NCBI GenBank assembly: GCA_963693365.1
Contig: CAVNZM010000010.1
Span: 5,152,060-5,216,059 of the forward strand
Origin: Amoebidium appalachense
Taxonomy: Eukaryota > Protista > Ichthyosporea
DNA: 64,000 bases
Reading direction: 5' to 3'
Both the position numbers and the translations under genes were made by a program. How positions within the stretch are numbered: the first letter of the stretch is position 1; every line of letters begins with the position of its first letter. Shown piece by piece: positions 52,457 to 63,034 of this stretch. The notes below the pieces were generated by a model. The model was not told the DNA's origin and did no database searches. It was given only the letters and a program-made list of their open reading frames with translations.

Positions 52457-53024
52457 TCTTAGAATCTTTCCGATTCAAGATCGATGTTGGTGAAATGGCG
52501 AGAGCAAAAAAAGACAGTTGAAGTTACCGATTGACGTGGATGCCCTTCCAGACGTGCGAGCCAAATGAACGCTGTGGCGGCTTTCCGACAATCATTTATG
52601 CCTATGGGTGTTTTATGGCCCCCGAATGAAAAATCCTCCTCGGTATAACGCGTGTCTAACAGAAGAAACAGAACACGTTATTTAATGGTGCCCTTATTTG
52701 ACATTTGAAATGTAATGTGGCACTGATGATCAACCTCGACAGCTGATTACTCGGTTGAACAAAATCAAAAGCGATTACTGAAGTTAGCAGGGACAATGAC
52801 TGAAGATCACACAATATACGCACTTATATTTCTTGTAAAACGTACACACGCCTATCACGCAATACACACACGCACACACAACTTCACATGACGGGCTGTT
52901 TGCATGCGTACGCGCGCTGTTCTGTCGGCCTATGCGTGCCGCCGTGCGCGTCATTTTACCGCAAAGCGGTTGGAGAAAACTGAGCTCCCAACAAAATAAG
53001 ATTGGAATTCGAGGGCGTTTTTGT

Positions 53025-53170
53025 GTCTACCAATCAAAGGCGTCCAAAGAAGGAAATAGAGCATCAACGCCAGTTCTAGATGATTGTTAACCAATCAAAT
53101 GTATGCGTAATGAAGCGATGCGCACTGCACCAATCATTGATGTTGTACTTATCCAAGAGAATCAAAAGGC
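53025..53170. promoter_or_regulatory. CCAAT-box cluster in the divergent Ras/LAMTOR2 promoter
   Basis: CCAATCA at 53030, 53091 and 53130. Similar CCAAT/ATTGG motifs lie upstream of RhoGDI (about 6610, 6873), grxB (about 14845), the GPCR-like gene (25938-26030) and the sugar porter (27727, 27956). Confidence 0.5.
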
Positions 53171-53671
53171 CCTGTACGTGACTCGTGTATTTTTAGTCAA
53201 TTTTTATCCAGAAAAATCTATTTTCAGCAGCGGCCCAGTGCTGAGTCTCTCCTTGTCTAAAAATAGGTTCGCTCAGTTTTGTTTTTTTTGAAGACTCTTG
53301 CCGAGGGCAAAAAAAAAAAGAAAAAAGAAAAAAAGGGTGACGTCTTAAAACGAAGATAGATTGTTCCAAAGTTTAGTAACACAACAAGCACTTCTCTTGT
53401 GAGGGTCATCACCGTGCAGCAGCAACCTCTTATGTAAACTGAAAAGAAGTTCAGCTATTTTATACAAACCTTTAGATTCAGCGAAAGGAGGCCTAGGAGA
53501 AGACACAAGATCAGGTGTACTTCATAGTGGGTTGCCTTAAATCTCGGCGTACCTAGTCACCAACTGTACATACTGTTTATACCAAAGGAACCAGCTCAGG
53601 CAAACAGACATAATACAGCCTCAGGTCATCATCTACAAAACAGACTTCTGAATTGTTTAGCCACCAGGAGA

Positions 53672-55204
53672 ATGGCGCAAGTAACAAGTAGTGCAGCAAT
53701 GATCAAGCCCAGGGCTTTGGGCAATGTTCTTAAGCAGGCCAACACGGGCGGTGTCTTCAACACTCTGTACGTGAACCCCTTTTTCTTCATTCACTTACCC
53801 ATCACCCTCCCCTCCACTCCTATTTGCCTCCGTCTTTCCGATCTCACTCCCTCTCTTCCTCGCTTACCCTTACACGATTGGGCTTGGTGCCCCACCGTTG
53901 CCAAATCGGTCACTCTTCTCTAAGATAAAAGCGCCTGAATCTCCATTGTTTCACACTGGGGTATGGTAATCAATCACATCATGGGGTGTGCGGTTTGAGT
54001 TTGGTGGGATTGCTGACACCTAAGCTGAGGGGTTCGAAAGAACACGTTTCTTCCACTTTGCATGCTCCTTGGTTGTTGTCCTTCTCAACGATCTCCCACC
54101 TTCACCGACTCGGGGTTTGCTCTCTTTCCACGTCCCCCCCTTCCCTCCCCCCCCCCCCCCCCCCCCCTCCCCCCCCCCAACCCCCTCCCCTTTCAGAGGT
54201 ACACATTTTTCGCTGCACTGCATTGGTTTGCACACACATCTTCACCGTTTTGCTCACCTTGCTTGCATAAGCAACCCTGCTCGTCTTTGACCAAGACGGG
54301 TTGACCCTCCCAAGTTCAGTTGATGCTGCTGTTTGAGTTGGAGAGTCGTATATACGCGGGCTAAGGGGTCGAAACTCAGACGCAATTGATGACTTGGGCC
54401 CTCCCTGAGGATGGGCTCTGCTTATGACGCATACTGTGCGCATGGCTGATTGCATACTTGAATGTTTGCCTTTGCATGTGTCCTTCGTGTATGCGTACTT
54501 CGTACCGTGTTCCGCATCCAACCCCCCCCCCCCCCCCCCCCCCCCACCCCCTCAAACCCCCCCACCCCCTCCCCCCGCCCTCCGTGGCCCCCGTGCTGCC
54601 CCTCCGCCTCCAACCCCTCCCTTCCCCCTTCGGCTTCAAGTAAAGCAGTGTCTGCGGTCTTTATGTAAGCGAAGGGAATGGTTCTAAACTTGGTGACTGT
54701 GGATGATTCAGGCTCATGAGGATGGGCTTGGCTTCTCCCCCCCCCCCTCCCCCCCCCTCCCCCCTCCTCCCTCCCCCCCCTTGCCCGAACAACAGCCATT
54801 TCAGCACGCCCTGGCTCTTTTCATACTCTAATTGTAGACGAACTAAAAGCCGGGGGGCAAAATACGTGATAGAATAATGCATTCACATACTCTATATCAA
54901 GGTTTTTGTGCCCTTACGGTGCCTCACCCGCAGGCTCTTGAGCCCAGAGGGGTCGCTGGTTGCCTACTCAGGTGACCAGACTGGGGACAAGGATGCCAAG
55001 GTGACGGCAGCCATTGCCTTCCATATATGGCAGGCCTATTACGCAAACGCACCGCCGTCGGTGAGGGGGGACGGGCCCAACTATGTGCTGGTTGACTGTG
55101 AGGTGGGGGGCCCAGCCTGTGGTCCTGTTGCTGTGTGGGGTCTTGTTAATTGCGTTTTTTTTTGTATTGGTCCATCAAGTGTATGGCTATTACACACGCA
55201 CACC

Positions 55205-55285
<81 letters not shown>

Positions 55286-56020
55286 TTTTCTCTCTCCCCC
55301 TACCTCCTCTCCCTCCCTCCCTCCCTCCCCCCCCCCCTCCCCTCCCTCCCTCCCTCCCTCCCCCCTCCCCCTCCATCCCCCTCCCCCTCCCCCTCCCCCT
55401 TCCCGTCCCTCTCCCTCTCCCTCCGCCCCCCTCCCTCCCCCTCTCTTGCCCTCTTTCTCCCCCCCCTCCCCCCCCCCCTGCCCCTCCCCCTCCCCCTCCC
55501 CCTCTCCTTCTCCCTCTCCCACCCTTCCCCCCCCCCCCCCTCTCTCTCCCCTCTCTCCCTCCTTCTCTCTTTCTCTTTCTCCCTCCCTCCCTATACCTCC
55601 CTCTTCCCCCCCCCCCCCCCCCCCCCCCCTCCCCCTGGGCCCTTCCTGAGGATGGGCTCTGCTTATGACGCATACTGTGCGCATTGCTGATGTTGCATAC
55701 TTGAATGTTTTCCTTTGCATGTGTCCTGCACCATGCTTCTCATCGTGTATGTGTACTTCGTGACGTGTTCCGCATTCACCCCCCCCCCCCCCCCCCTCCC
55801 TCCCCCCATCCTCCTCCCCCCACCCCCGTATCCGCCTGAATCGATTGAAGGAAAAAGGATCATGTCCCCCCCCCCCCCCCATCTTTCCTGTTTCTTGTTT
55901 TGCCCCGCTGCCTCCCCCCCCCCCCCCCCCCAAACACACACACACACACACCTCTACCCCATTATCCCATTATGTTTGGACTCTCTTCATGCCCTCATCT
56001 ACCGTTCCCTCACCCCCTTA

Positions 56021-56066
<46 letters not shown>

Positions 56067-57351
56067 TTCTCCCCTTTCTTCCTCCACAGGTGAAGCTTGG
56101 TACAGTAAATTGCCTAAACAGGCCCACCTTTCGCACCATGTACGAGCGGTCACTAAAGAACTATAGAAGTATACTATACGAAAAATATTAAAAATCACTA
56201 TAAACTAGAAAACTGTTATATCTTTTATTCTACTAAGCATGTATATATATAAAGTTGAATATAAATATGGTTTTTTTGCTTGCGACGCCGATGATGAACT
56301 CTCACGGTAAATTTTTGATCTGGGGTAATTAGGCCCACCCCAGCGGGAATCGGTCAGATTCGGCCAACTTGGCAGTCCGGATTCCTCAGTCTTGAAAAAA
56401 GTTGGCAAAACGTTTTTGTAAGCGGTGTCGCTCTCATATTTTTCGCAGCGCAAGCGCTTTCTTAGTATCGCTAGAAAGGCAAGGAAAAATGCTTCCTGAG
56501 GTACCCTGCACTTGAGGCTAGCGTGATTCCTGCGATACTTAACGATTAAATTCCAAAGGTGGGCCGAATTAACACGCGGGCCTGCTTAGGCAGTTTACTG
56601 TACTTGGTACTGTGAGTCATATTCTTACCCACTTAGCCCTTCCCCCCCCCCCCCCCCCCCCCCCCCTCTCCCGCCCAAACACACGCACGCACGCGCACAC
56701 GCCCACACACACTCAACTCACTCACACTCACTCACTCACTCACCCACTCATGTACTCATTCACTCACTCACGCACACACTCTCATACACTCACTCACACT
56801 CGCTCACTCACTCCCCGGGAGTCTTTCCCCCCCTCCCCCCCTCCCCCCCCCCCCCCCCCCCCCCCCCCCCGATGCTGTCTGAGTTGGAGCGTCGTATATA
56901 CGCGGGCTAAGGGGTCGAAACTCAGACGCAATTGATGACTTGGGCCCTCCCTGAGGATGGGCTCTGCTTATGACGCATACTGTGCGCATGGCTGATGCTG
57001 CATAGTTGAATGTTTGCCTTTGCATGTGTCCTGCACCATGCTTCTCATCGTGTATGCGTACTTCGTACTGTGTTCCGCATTCAAACCCCCCCCCCCCCCG
57101 CCTTCTCGTAACTCCATCCGTCCCCCCTCCCTCCACATCACCCTTCCCTTCACATCAACAACCACCGCCGCTTATTTCACCACCCTCCCCACCGTCCTCT
57201 TTTCCTTCAAGCATATGACGAACACTTATCTACCAACAGGAGGGTAAAGTGGTTGTGACCCGAGTTAGCAAGCTGCTGCTGTGTCTGTATGCTGACAAGA
57301 CGGTTAATGGCGGTATGCTCAAGGCAAAGGTATGTGCAAACATCCCCCAAC

Positions 57352-57445
<94 letters not shown>

Positions 57446-57496
57446 ACACACACACACGACCCACCCGCAAAGAAAAACGAAGGCGGGTGGGGGGGA

Positions 57497-57528
<32 letters not shown>

Positions 57529-57796
57529 AGGGCGAGAGAGAAAAAGAGGGGGAGACGAGGGCAGGGTGCACGTGATGATTTTATGGCATGCACTCGTGCG
57601 CACATGCAAATGTTCATTGATACCCTTACACATGCACGAGCACATACAACCCAGGACTTATATTGCTTGGACACAGAGAAGAAACACCCGCTGGTACATA
57701 CACATGCACGTTCATGTACACACATCAATGTTCACGTACAGGCATAGGCACGCGCACACACGCTAAATTACAGATGCATACACTAACACACACAAT

Positions 57797-57833
<37 letters not shown>

Positions 57834-57978
57834 ACACACCTACACACACCCACACACAAGCACACACACCCACACACACGTACACGAACACGAACACGAA
57901 CACGTACACACTTATATTTCACAGGCACAAACCATTGCCAAGTTTTTGGAGGAGCCGCTGAAATCAGTTGTTTTGTAG
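53672..57978 (+). CDS. LAMTOR2: Ragulator complex subunit LAMTOR2 (p14/ROBLD3), 4 exons, 135 aa
   Basis: Exons 53672-53766, 54934-55102, 57240-57329 and 57925-57978. IKPRALGNVLKQANTGGV...LLSPEGSLVAYSG...VTAAIA...EGKVVVTRVSKLLLCLYA...GMLKAKAQTIAKFLEEPL closely follows animal LAMTOR2 as I recall it. Confidence 0.95.
54257..54521 (+). mobile_element. Structured dispersed element, full-length copy A (LAMTOR2 intron 1)
   Basis: Homologous to 5 other copies in the window. Ends GCATCCAA followed by poly(C). Confidence 0.75.
54635..54734 (+). mobile_element. Structured dispersed element, degenerate internal fragment B (LAMTOR2 intron 1)
   Basis: TTCAAGTAAAGCAGTGTCTG...ACTGTGGATGA...GAGGATGGGCTTGGCTT aligns with copy D. 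Confidence 0.6.
55636..55778 (+). mobile_element. Structured dispersed element, 5'-truncated copy C (LAMTOR2 intron 2)
   Basis: TGGGCCCTTCCTGAGGATGGGCTCTGCTTATGACGCATAC...GCATTCA, with poly(C) on both sides. Confidence 0.75.
56103..56600. mobile_element. Tc1/mariner/pogo-type MITE (~500 bp)
   Basis: TIRs CAGTAAATTGCCTAAACAGGCCC and GGGCCTGCTTAGGCAGTTTACTG (21/23 match), TA on both sides, no transposase ORF. Confidence 0.8.
56871..57085 (+). mobile_element. Structured dispersed element, 5'-truncated copy E (LAMTOR2 intron 2)
   Basis: Near-identical to copy A from GATGCTG onward. Poly(C) on both sides. Confidence 0.75.
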
Positions 57979-58586
57979 CCCTTCTTTTAGAACGCTTGAA
58001 ACAAACGTCGAGAGATAAATTTGTGGCCTTGAAATACGTGGTTGGATTGGGAAACATAATCGTGAAAAGGAGTGAATTGGGTTCTGTTAATGGCGTTGTT
58101 ACTTACATGAATGACGTGTTTTTGTCGTGTTGTCCATTGTTACTCTTTCATATTGGCTATTTGCTTGTTCTGTGGGTTGGTAGCACACCCCTTCTCTTGC
58201 ATGACATTTTCCTTGTGTGCGTGTATCGTATTCACGACATCTTCACACCCCAAGAGATGTAACATAATGCCTAGGTTTTAGGATGAACAAGAGACATGGG
58301 GACACATGTGTGTAGAGGGCATAATTGAGGGGTCGGGCATGTAAACCTTTTTAGGTTGTGGTAACTTCCTACCCAGGTTGTCTATTTAATTAGTGATATT
58401 GTATGCTTTTGTTAAGCCTCCCAAACTTTTTTTTCACGTGATGGTGTGCTGTGCATGCTGTGTAAAAACCCGTAACCCACAGTCCAATAAAAAGGAAATA
58501 AGGCAATATTACGTACAGTTTCTTAACTCTGGGTACTCAGTTACACTCCGACACCACGATGTGCCGCCCCCCGGGAAGGAGGGGGG

Positions 58587-58645
<59 letters not shown>

Positions 58646-58649
58646 GGGG

Positions 58650-58695
<46 letters not shown>

Positions 58696-58780
58696 CAAAA
58701 AAAATCAGTGCGCGGCTCGCACGTGATAACCGAGTCTCGCGAGTTGTAGTACATTCGTTTTTCACACACATCCCAAAAGT

Positions 58781-60142
58781 TCACTCAGGCACACCCTGCA
58801 CGTTTACATTCTTGCGTTGCCTTACATGTCCCTGCCACGCTATCAAAGCTCCCGAGGACAAATTGCATACACAGGCAGCTACAATCACATTCCTATAACA
58901 AGTCGTGCCCTTGCATCCTTCACTCCATTCCCATGCTATTCCTTTCGTCCAAACCAACCCGCCAAGCCCAATCATCGGATTCCACAAGGCAAAGTTCACA
59001 CCATAGAACTTGCTTCCGTATTCCTCCAAGCATACACTCGGCCATGTAGCAAATATCATCCCCTCAGCCATACCCATGAGCACAGCAGATGCGTATATTC
59101 CAGTCACGCTCAACTTGGGAACGAGAAAAAGGGCTAGGCTCATTGCAGTGAAAATGCACGCTGGTAACATGAATGTTGATCTTGAAACATCGTAAACAGC
59201 AAGTAGTCTGTCTGTGATGATTCCAGTAGCGGCTCGCACAACCACACCCACAGCCAATGTTGTGGAGATGACAGCAACCCAACTTTCGTCATTTACGCCA
59301 TGAACTGCGCTGATGCGGTAGCCTTGTTGACTAAAGAGAAGAAACGACCCCAGAACTGAAAAAAGAGTGAAAGCATACGTCCAGAAACCCGATGTTCTGA
59401 TCATGTCTATAGGTTGAATCTCGTTTTCGGTTTCTACCTGTGAATTCGAAGGAGTTTGCACAGGTGTTTCCTGGGTACCTTCGGACGGTTGTAGCAAAGA
59501 ATCCGTTTCTGCTCGGTTTTTGTTTTTCGTTTTTGTTTTCAGGTAGTCCCAAAATAGAGGATGTCCCTGTGGTAGAGCTATGGCACCAATGGTGGAGAGG
59601 AAAGTGGCAGATGTGCCAATGATGACGAAAAACGACGATGCTGGTCGATCCTTATGATTTAAGGCAAGAAGACGATAGACGTTGCCCCAGACGATTGAAC
59701 TTGCACCGAAGCCCATTACAAGTAGTCCGTTCACCTTCCCCATGTGTGCAGGAGAAACCAAGCAATATCCAGCACGCAGGGAGGCGATGAAAGCAGTAAA
59801 GCTACCATTTCCTACCAGGAACACGCCGACGCTCCCTACCACGCTACTGCATTGCCCGTTAGATGTAACGAAGATGAGCCCCCAACCCACAGCAAAGAAG
59901 AGGGCGCTGAGTAACGCCGTAGATTTGTTCCCGAACCAATCACAGCACATGCCTAGGTGTATGGTTAAGTAGACACCCACGTCCATGCAAGCTTCGAATG
60001 TGGAGAATTCAGAGCTTTTCCATTTGCAATGCTTGCTGATTGCTGTGCCCCAGATGCTAATGCTGTAGATGGTGCCTGCTGTCAACTGCATGCAAACTGC
60101 AACAACAAACGAAACAGCAATGCGCGTTCGCGAATCTGCCAT
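58781..60142 (-). CDS. Intronless MFS transporter (nodulin-like/OFA-type), 453 aa
   Basis: Single uninterrupted ORF from ATG 60142 (MADSRTRIAV). About 12 hydrophobic helices in two halves with a central hydrophilic loop. Motifs GMCCDWFG, GIITDRL, YGSKFYGVNF. Confidence 0.88.
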   Translation of the reverse strand: MADSRTRIAVSFVVAVCMQLTAGTIYSISIWGTAISKHCKWKSSEFSTFEACMDVGVYLTIHLGMCCDWFGNKSTALLSALFFAVGWGLIFVTSNGQCSSVVGSVGVFLVGNGSFTAFIASLRAGYCLVSPAHMGKVNGLLVMGFGASSIVWGNVYRLLALNHKDRPASSFFVIIGTSATFLSTIGAIALPQGHPLFWDYLKTKTKNKNRAETDSLLQPSEGTQETPVQTPSNSQVETENEIQPIDMIRTSGFWTYAFTLFSVLGSFLLFSQQGYRISAVHGVNDESWVAVISTTLAVGVVVRAATGIITDRLLAVYDVSRSTFMLPACIFTAMSLALFLVPKLSVTGIYASAVLMGMAEGMIFATWPSVCLEEYGSKFYGVNFALWNPMIGLGGLVWTKGIAWEWSEGCKGTTCYRNVIVAACVCNLSSGALIAWQGHVRQRKNVNVQGVPE

Positions 60143-60657
60143 GTTTTTTTCAGAGCTTTGCCGGCCAAAAAAGGGTTGTGGCCATGGACAAAATGGATTA
60201 ATAAAGAACAATTAGGTACCCGTGCTACATAGGCGTGCGCTTGGAACCGAGTGTGAAACAAGAGGGACCACTCGAACCGAGTGTGCAAGAGCTGTCAGCT
60301 TGCACCATGTTACCACATAGTCTCTTGCTTACGTCATGCATTGTTGTCAGACCCTTTTTTTTTTTTTTTTTTTTTTTTTTGGGGGGGGGGGGGGGGGGGG
60401 AGGGGGGGAGGGGAGGGGGCTGGGGGGAGGGGGTGGGGGGGGGAGGGGGGGGGGGGGGGGGGGGGGGGAGGGGGGAGGGGGGGGGGGGGGGGAGGGGGAA
60501 GGGGGGGGGGGGAGGGAGGGAGGCAGGGAGAACCGTGACAAAAAACACAACACATACACGGCAAAAAGTAGCACACAGTCTTTTCCATTTCTTTTTGTTG
60601 TGTGTGCACATGTGCGTCTGGTCTGTGAGCGTGTACTTAAGGAAGGAAGAAGGGGAA

Positions 60658-60714
<57 letters not shown>

Positions 60715-60894
60715 TGATGGGGATCATTCTCGCATACGCACAGAACAACATGATGACCATTGCAAACCACGAATCAACAGTGAAAGTTTGCCAAGTCAAA
60801 AAAAAGCAATCAAATTCTTTCTACAAAGGCATTTGGAGCGGAGTTCGTCAGCGGCTAAGGGCTGTGTTGGAGTAGGGGTTAGGGAGGGAGGGAG

Positions 60895-60932
<38 letters not shown>

Positions 60933-60934
<2 letters not shown>

Positions 60935-61181
60935 TGAATGCGTCAAAAAGTACGAAGTACACAAGAACAAACGGATAACACGATGCAGAACGCAAGCCAT
61001 ACATCAAGAGTATGCATAATAAGCAGAGCCCATCCTCAGGGGGGGCCCACGTCATCCACAGTACCCGAGTTTCGACCTATTCCCCTCGTTAACGAAACCC
61101 AACTCAGATACTGTTTCACTTGAACATGAGTAGGTCACCCGTCTTGATCAGAGACGAGCAGGGTTGCTTATGCAGGCAAGG
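60933..61181 (-). mobile_element. Structured dispersed element, full-length diverged copy D
   Basis: Reverse complement begins CCTTGCCTGCATAAGCAACCCTGCTCGTCT like copy A and ends GCATTCAAA followed by poly(C). Confidence 0.75.
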
Positions 61182-61775
61182 GCAGTGGGAAAGGCCGGGG
61201 GTTAAAGTTGCAGCAGTAAGCAGAAGCAAGAAAAATATAGATGGGGGCTTTTTTTCAACAGTGTCTTTGTGTGTGTGTGTGTTGGGGGGGGGGGGGGGGG
61301 GGTTCAAACATAAGGCCATCATTTCCTCCACACATGTTAATTCCATCAAGGAACGGTGCTTTTGCAATTGGTTTGATTCACACAAACAAAAAAGTTTATT
61401 AATCAAATTTGTCATTCGCAATATCAGCTGGATCGGCTTGGAATAGCTTACCGACGCTGTAAACATACATTCGTGTGCATAGTGCATAACGTCCATTTAA
61501 GTTGCTACTGTAATTTTTTTTCTAGTGATGACTAAAAAAGTACGTATAAGCTACAAAGTACTACGATGAAAAACCACGAGAAAAGGGAAAACGAGAAGTG
61601 GGGACCAAACAAATACACCTGGCACCACCACGTTACGCATTACAGTAAAACACCACAAGTCTACGGGCATGTACATGTTAGGCAAGCAGATTGTTGTGCG
61701 AAATAGAAACATGTGTAAATTGGTGTGTGACGTCGGCAAACGTAGTCGATACACAACTCCCCCCCCCCCCCCCCC

Positions 61776-61809
<34 letters not shown>

Positions 61810-62021
61810 ACACACACCCATCCCCCCACCACGCCCAGCAGCCGCACAAAAAAGAGTGCAAATTTACACCCGTGCAAATCTTCAACCCCCCCCCCCCCCC
61901 CCCCCCCCCCCCCACAAAATATCGATCTACCTTATGTACAACTCCAGATGAAGTACGTTCACACACATGTACCCACACATCTTCACACACACACGCCTCC
62001 ACCCACTTGAGCCCACTTAGT

Positions 62022-62961
62022 CTATGAGATGTACGTAGCCTCCACCGTCTCTGGTGACGATGAAAACGACGACTGAGGCCTCCTCCTAGGGCCCCTCCTC
62101 CTCTCTCTCAGTGCTGCCTCCTTTGCACTCACCATTGCTGCCTGCTCAAGTTTGCTCAGACGGCCAGTAAGATCCTCAAGACGGCCATTGAGCATCTGGA
62201 TCTGTAAATGGAATGTGAAAATGGGTAAATGGCGAGTTTCTATTGGTGAGTGGTAAGGGTGTAAGACACGGGGAGTGACCCCGGGAGTCGGTGGGGTGGA
62301 ATGCAAAACAGGGGGGTTGGTGTGTTCCTATTGGTGAGTGCATGTTGCGTCAGCCAAGGGGAGTAGGGGGGCGGATGGTGAGATAAGGGTGAATGGTGTT
62401 TTCGATTGGCCAGTGGACGACACACATTTTTTTAATGGCAAAACGTTATTGTGTGGTCAACCCCCCCCCCCCCCCCCCTCCCCTCTTCCCTGCCCACCCA
62501 CCCAAAAGACCAAAAGAACATAGACATTAAAGATGTGCAAGCCAATGAAAACAAAATAACTGTCGGCCACACAACAATCCCAGCGGGTCATATCGGCTGC
62601 CTGCCGGGGGCATCTCGGGCCGTGTGCTGTTGCATTCACTATCTGAGACATGCGGCCACAGAAAGGGCCGACCCTCAAACACGTAGAATGCGTAGACAAA
62701 ACCATCATCAGCAGAGGGCATGCTACATGATACTACATAACGCAGCCAAACAAGAATTTTATGCTTCAAGCGCCATGGGTTAATCTGCAGGACGCCTCGA
62801 CAAAGAGCTACAAAAAGTAATAGGGAAGGCCGTGCTTGTGCGTGAGTAATTGAGTGATTGAGTGGGTGAGTGGGTGAGTGGGTGAGGGAAGGAGGGTGTG
62901 TGTGTGCGTGCGTGCGTGCGTGCGTGCGTGCGTGTGCGTGTGTGCGTGCGTGCGTGTGCGT

Positions 62962-63034
<73 letters not shown>

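Noticed and set aside
54360-54420. Hammerhead ribozyme in the structured element (CGAAAC...CTGAGGA)
   Set aside because: The CUGANGA and GAAA motifs are not joined by a pairing stem II in any hammerhead topology I could build.
54257-54521. U3/box C-D snoRNA, U1 or tRNA identity for the structured element (TGATGA...CTGA, GGTCGAAAC)
   Set aside because: Boxes are not conserved across copies (GGATGA in D, absent in F). There is no U3 box A, no U1 5' end and no tRNA cloverleaf.
62680-62718. U14 snoRNA-like start TGATGATGGTTTT on the minus strand
   Set aside because: The U14 rRNA-pairing domains and a terminal D box are missing. The sequence is better explained as an exon.
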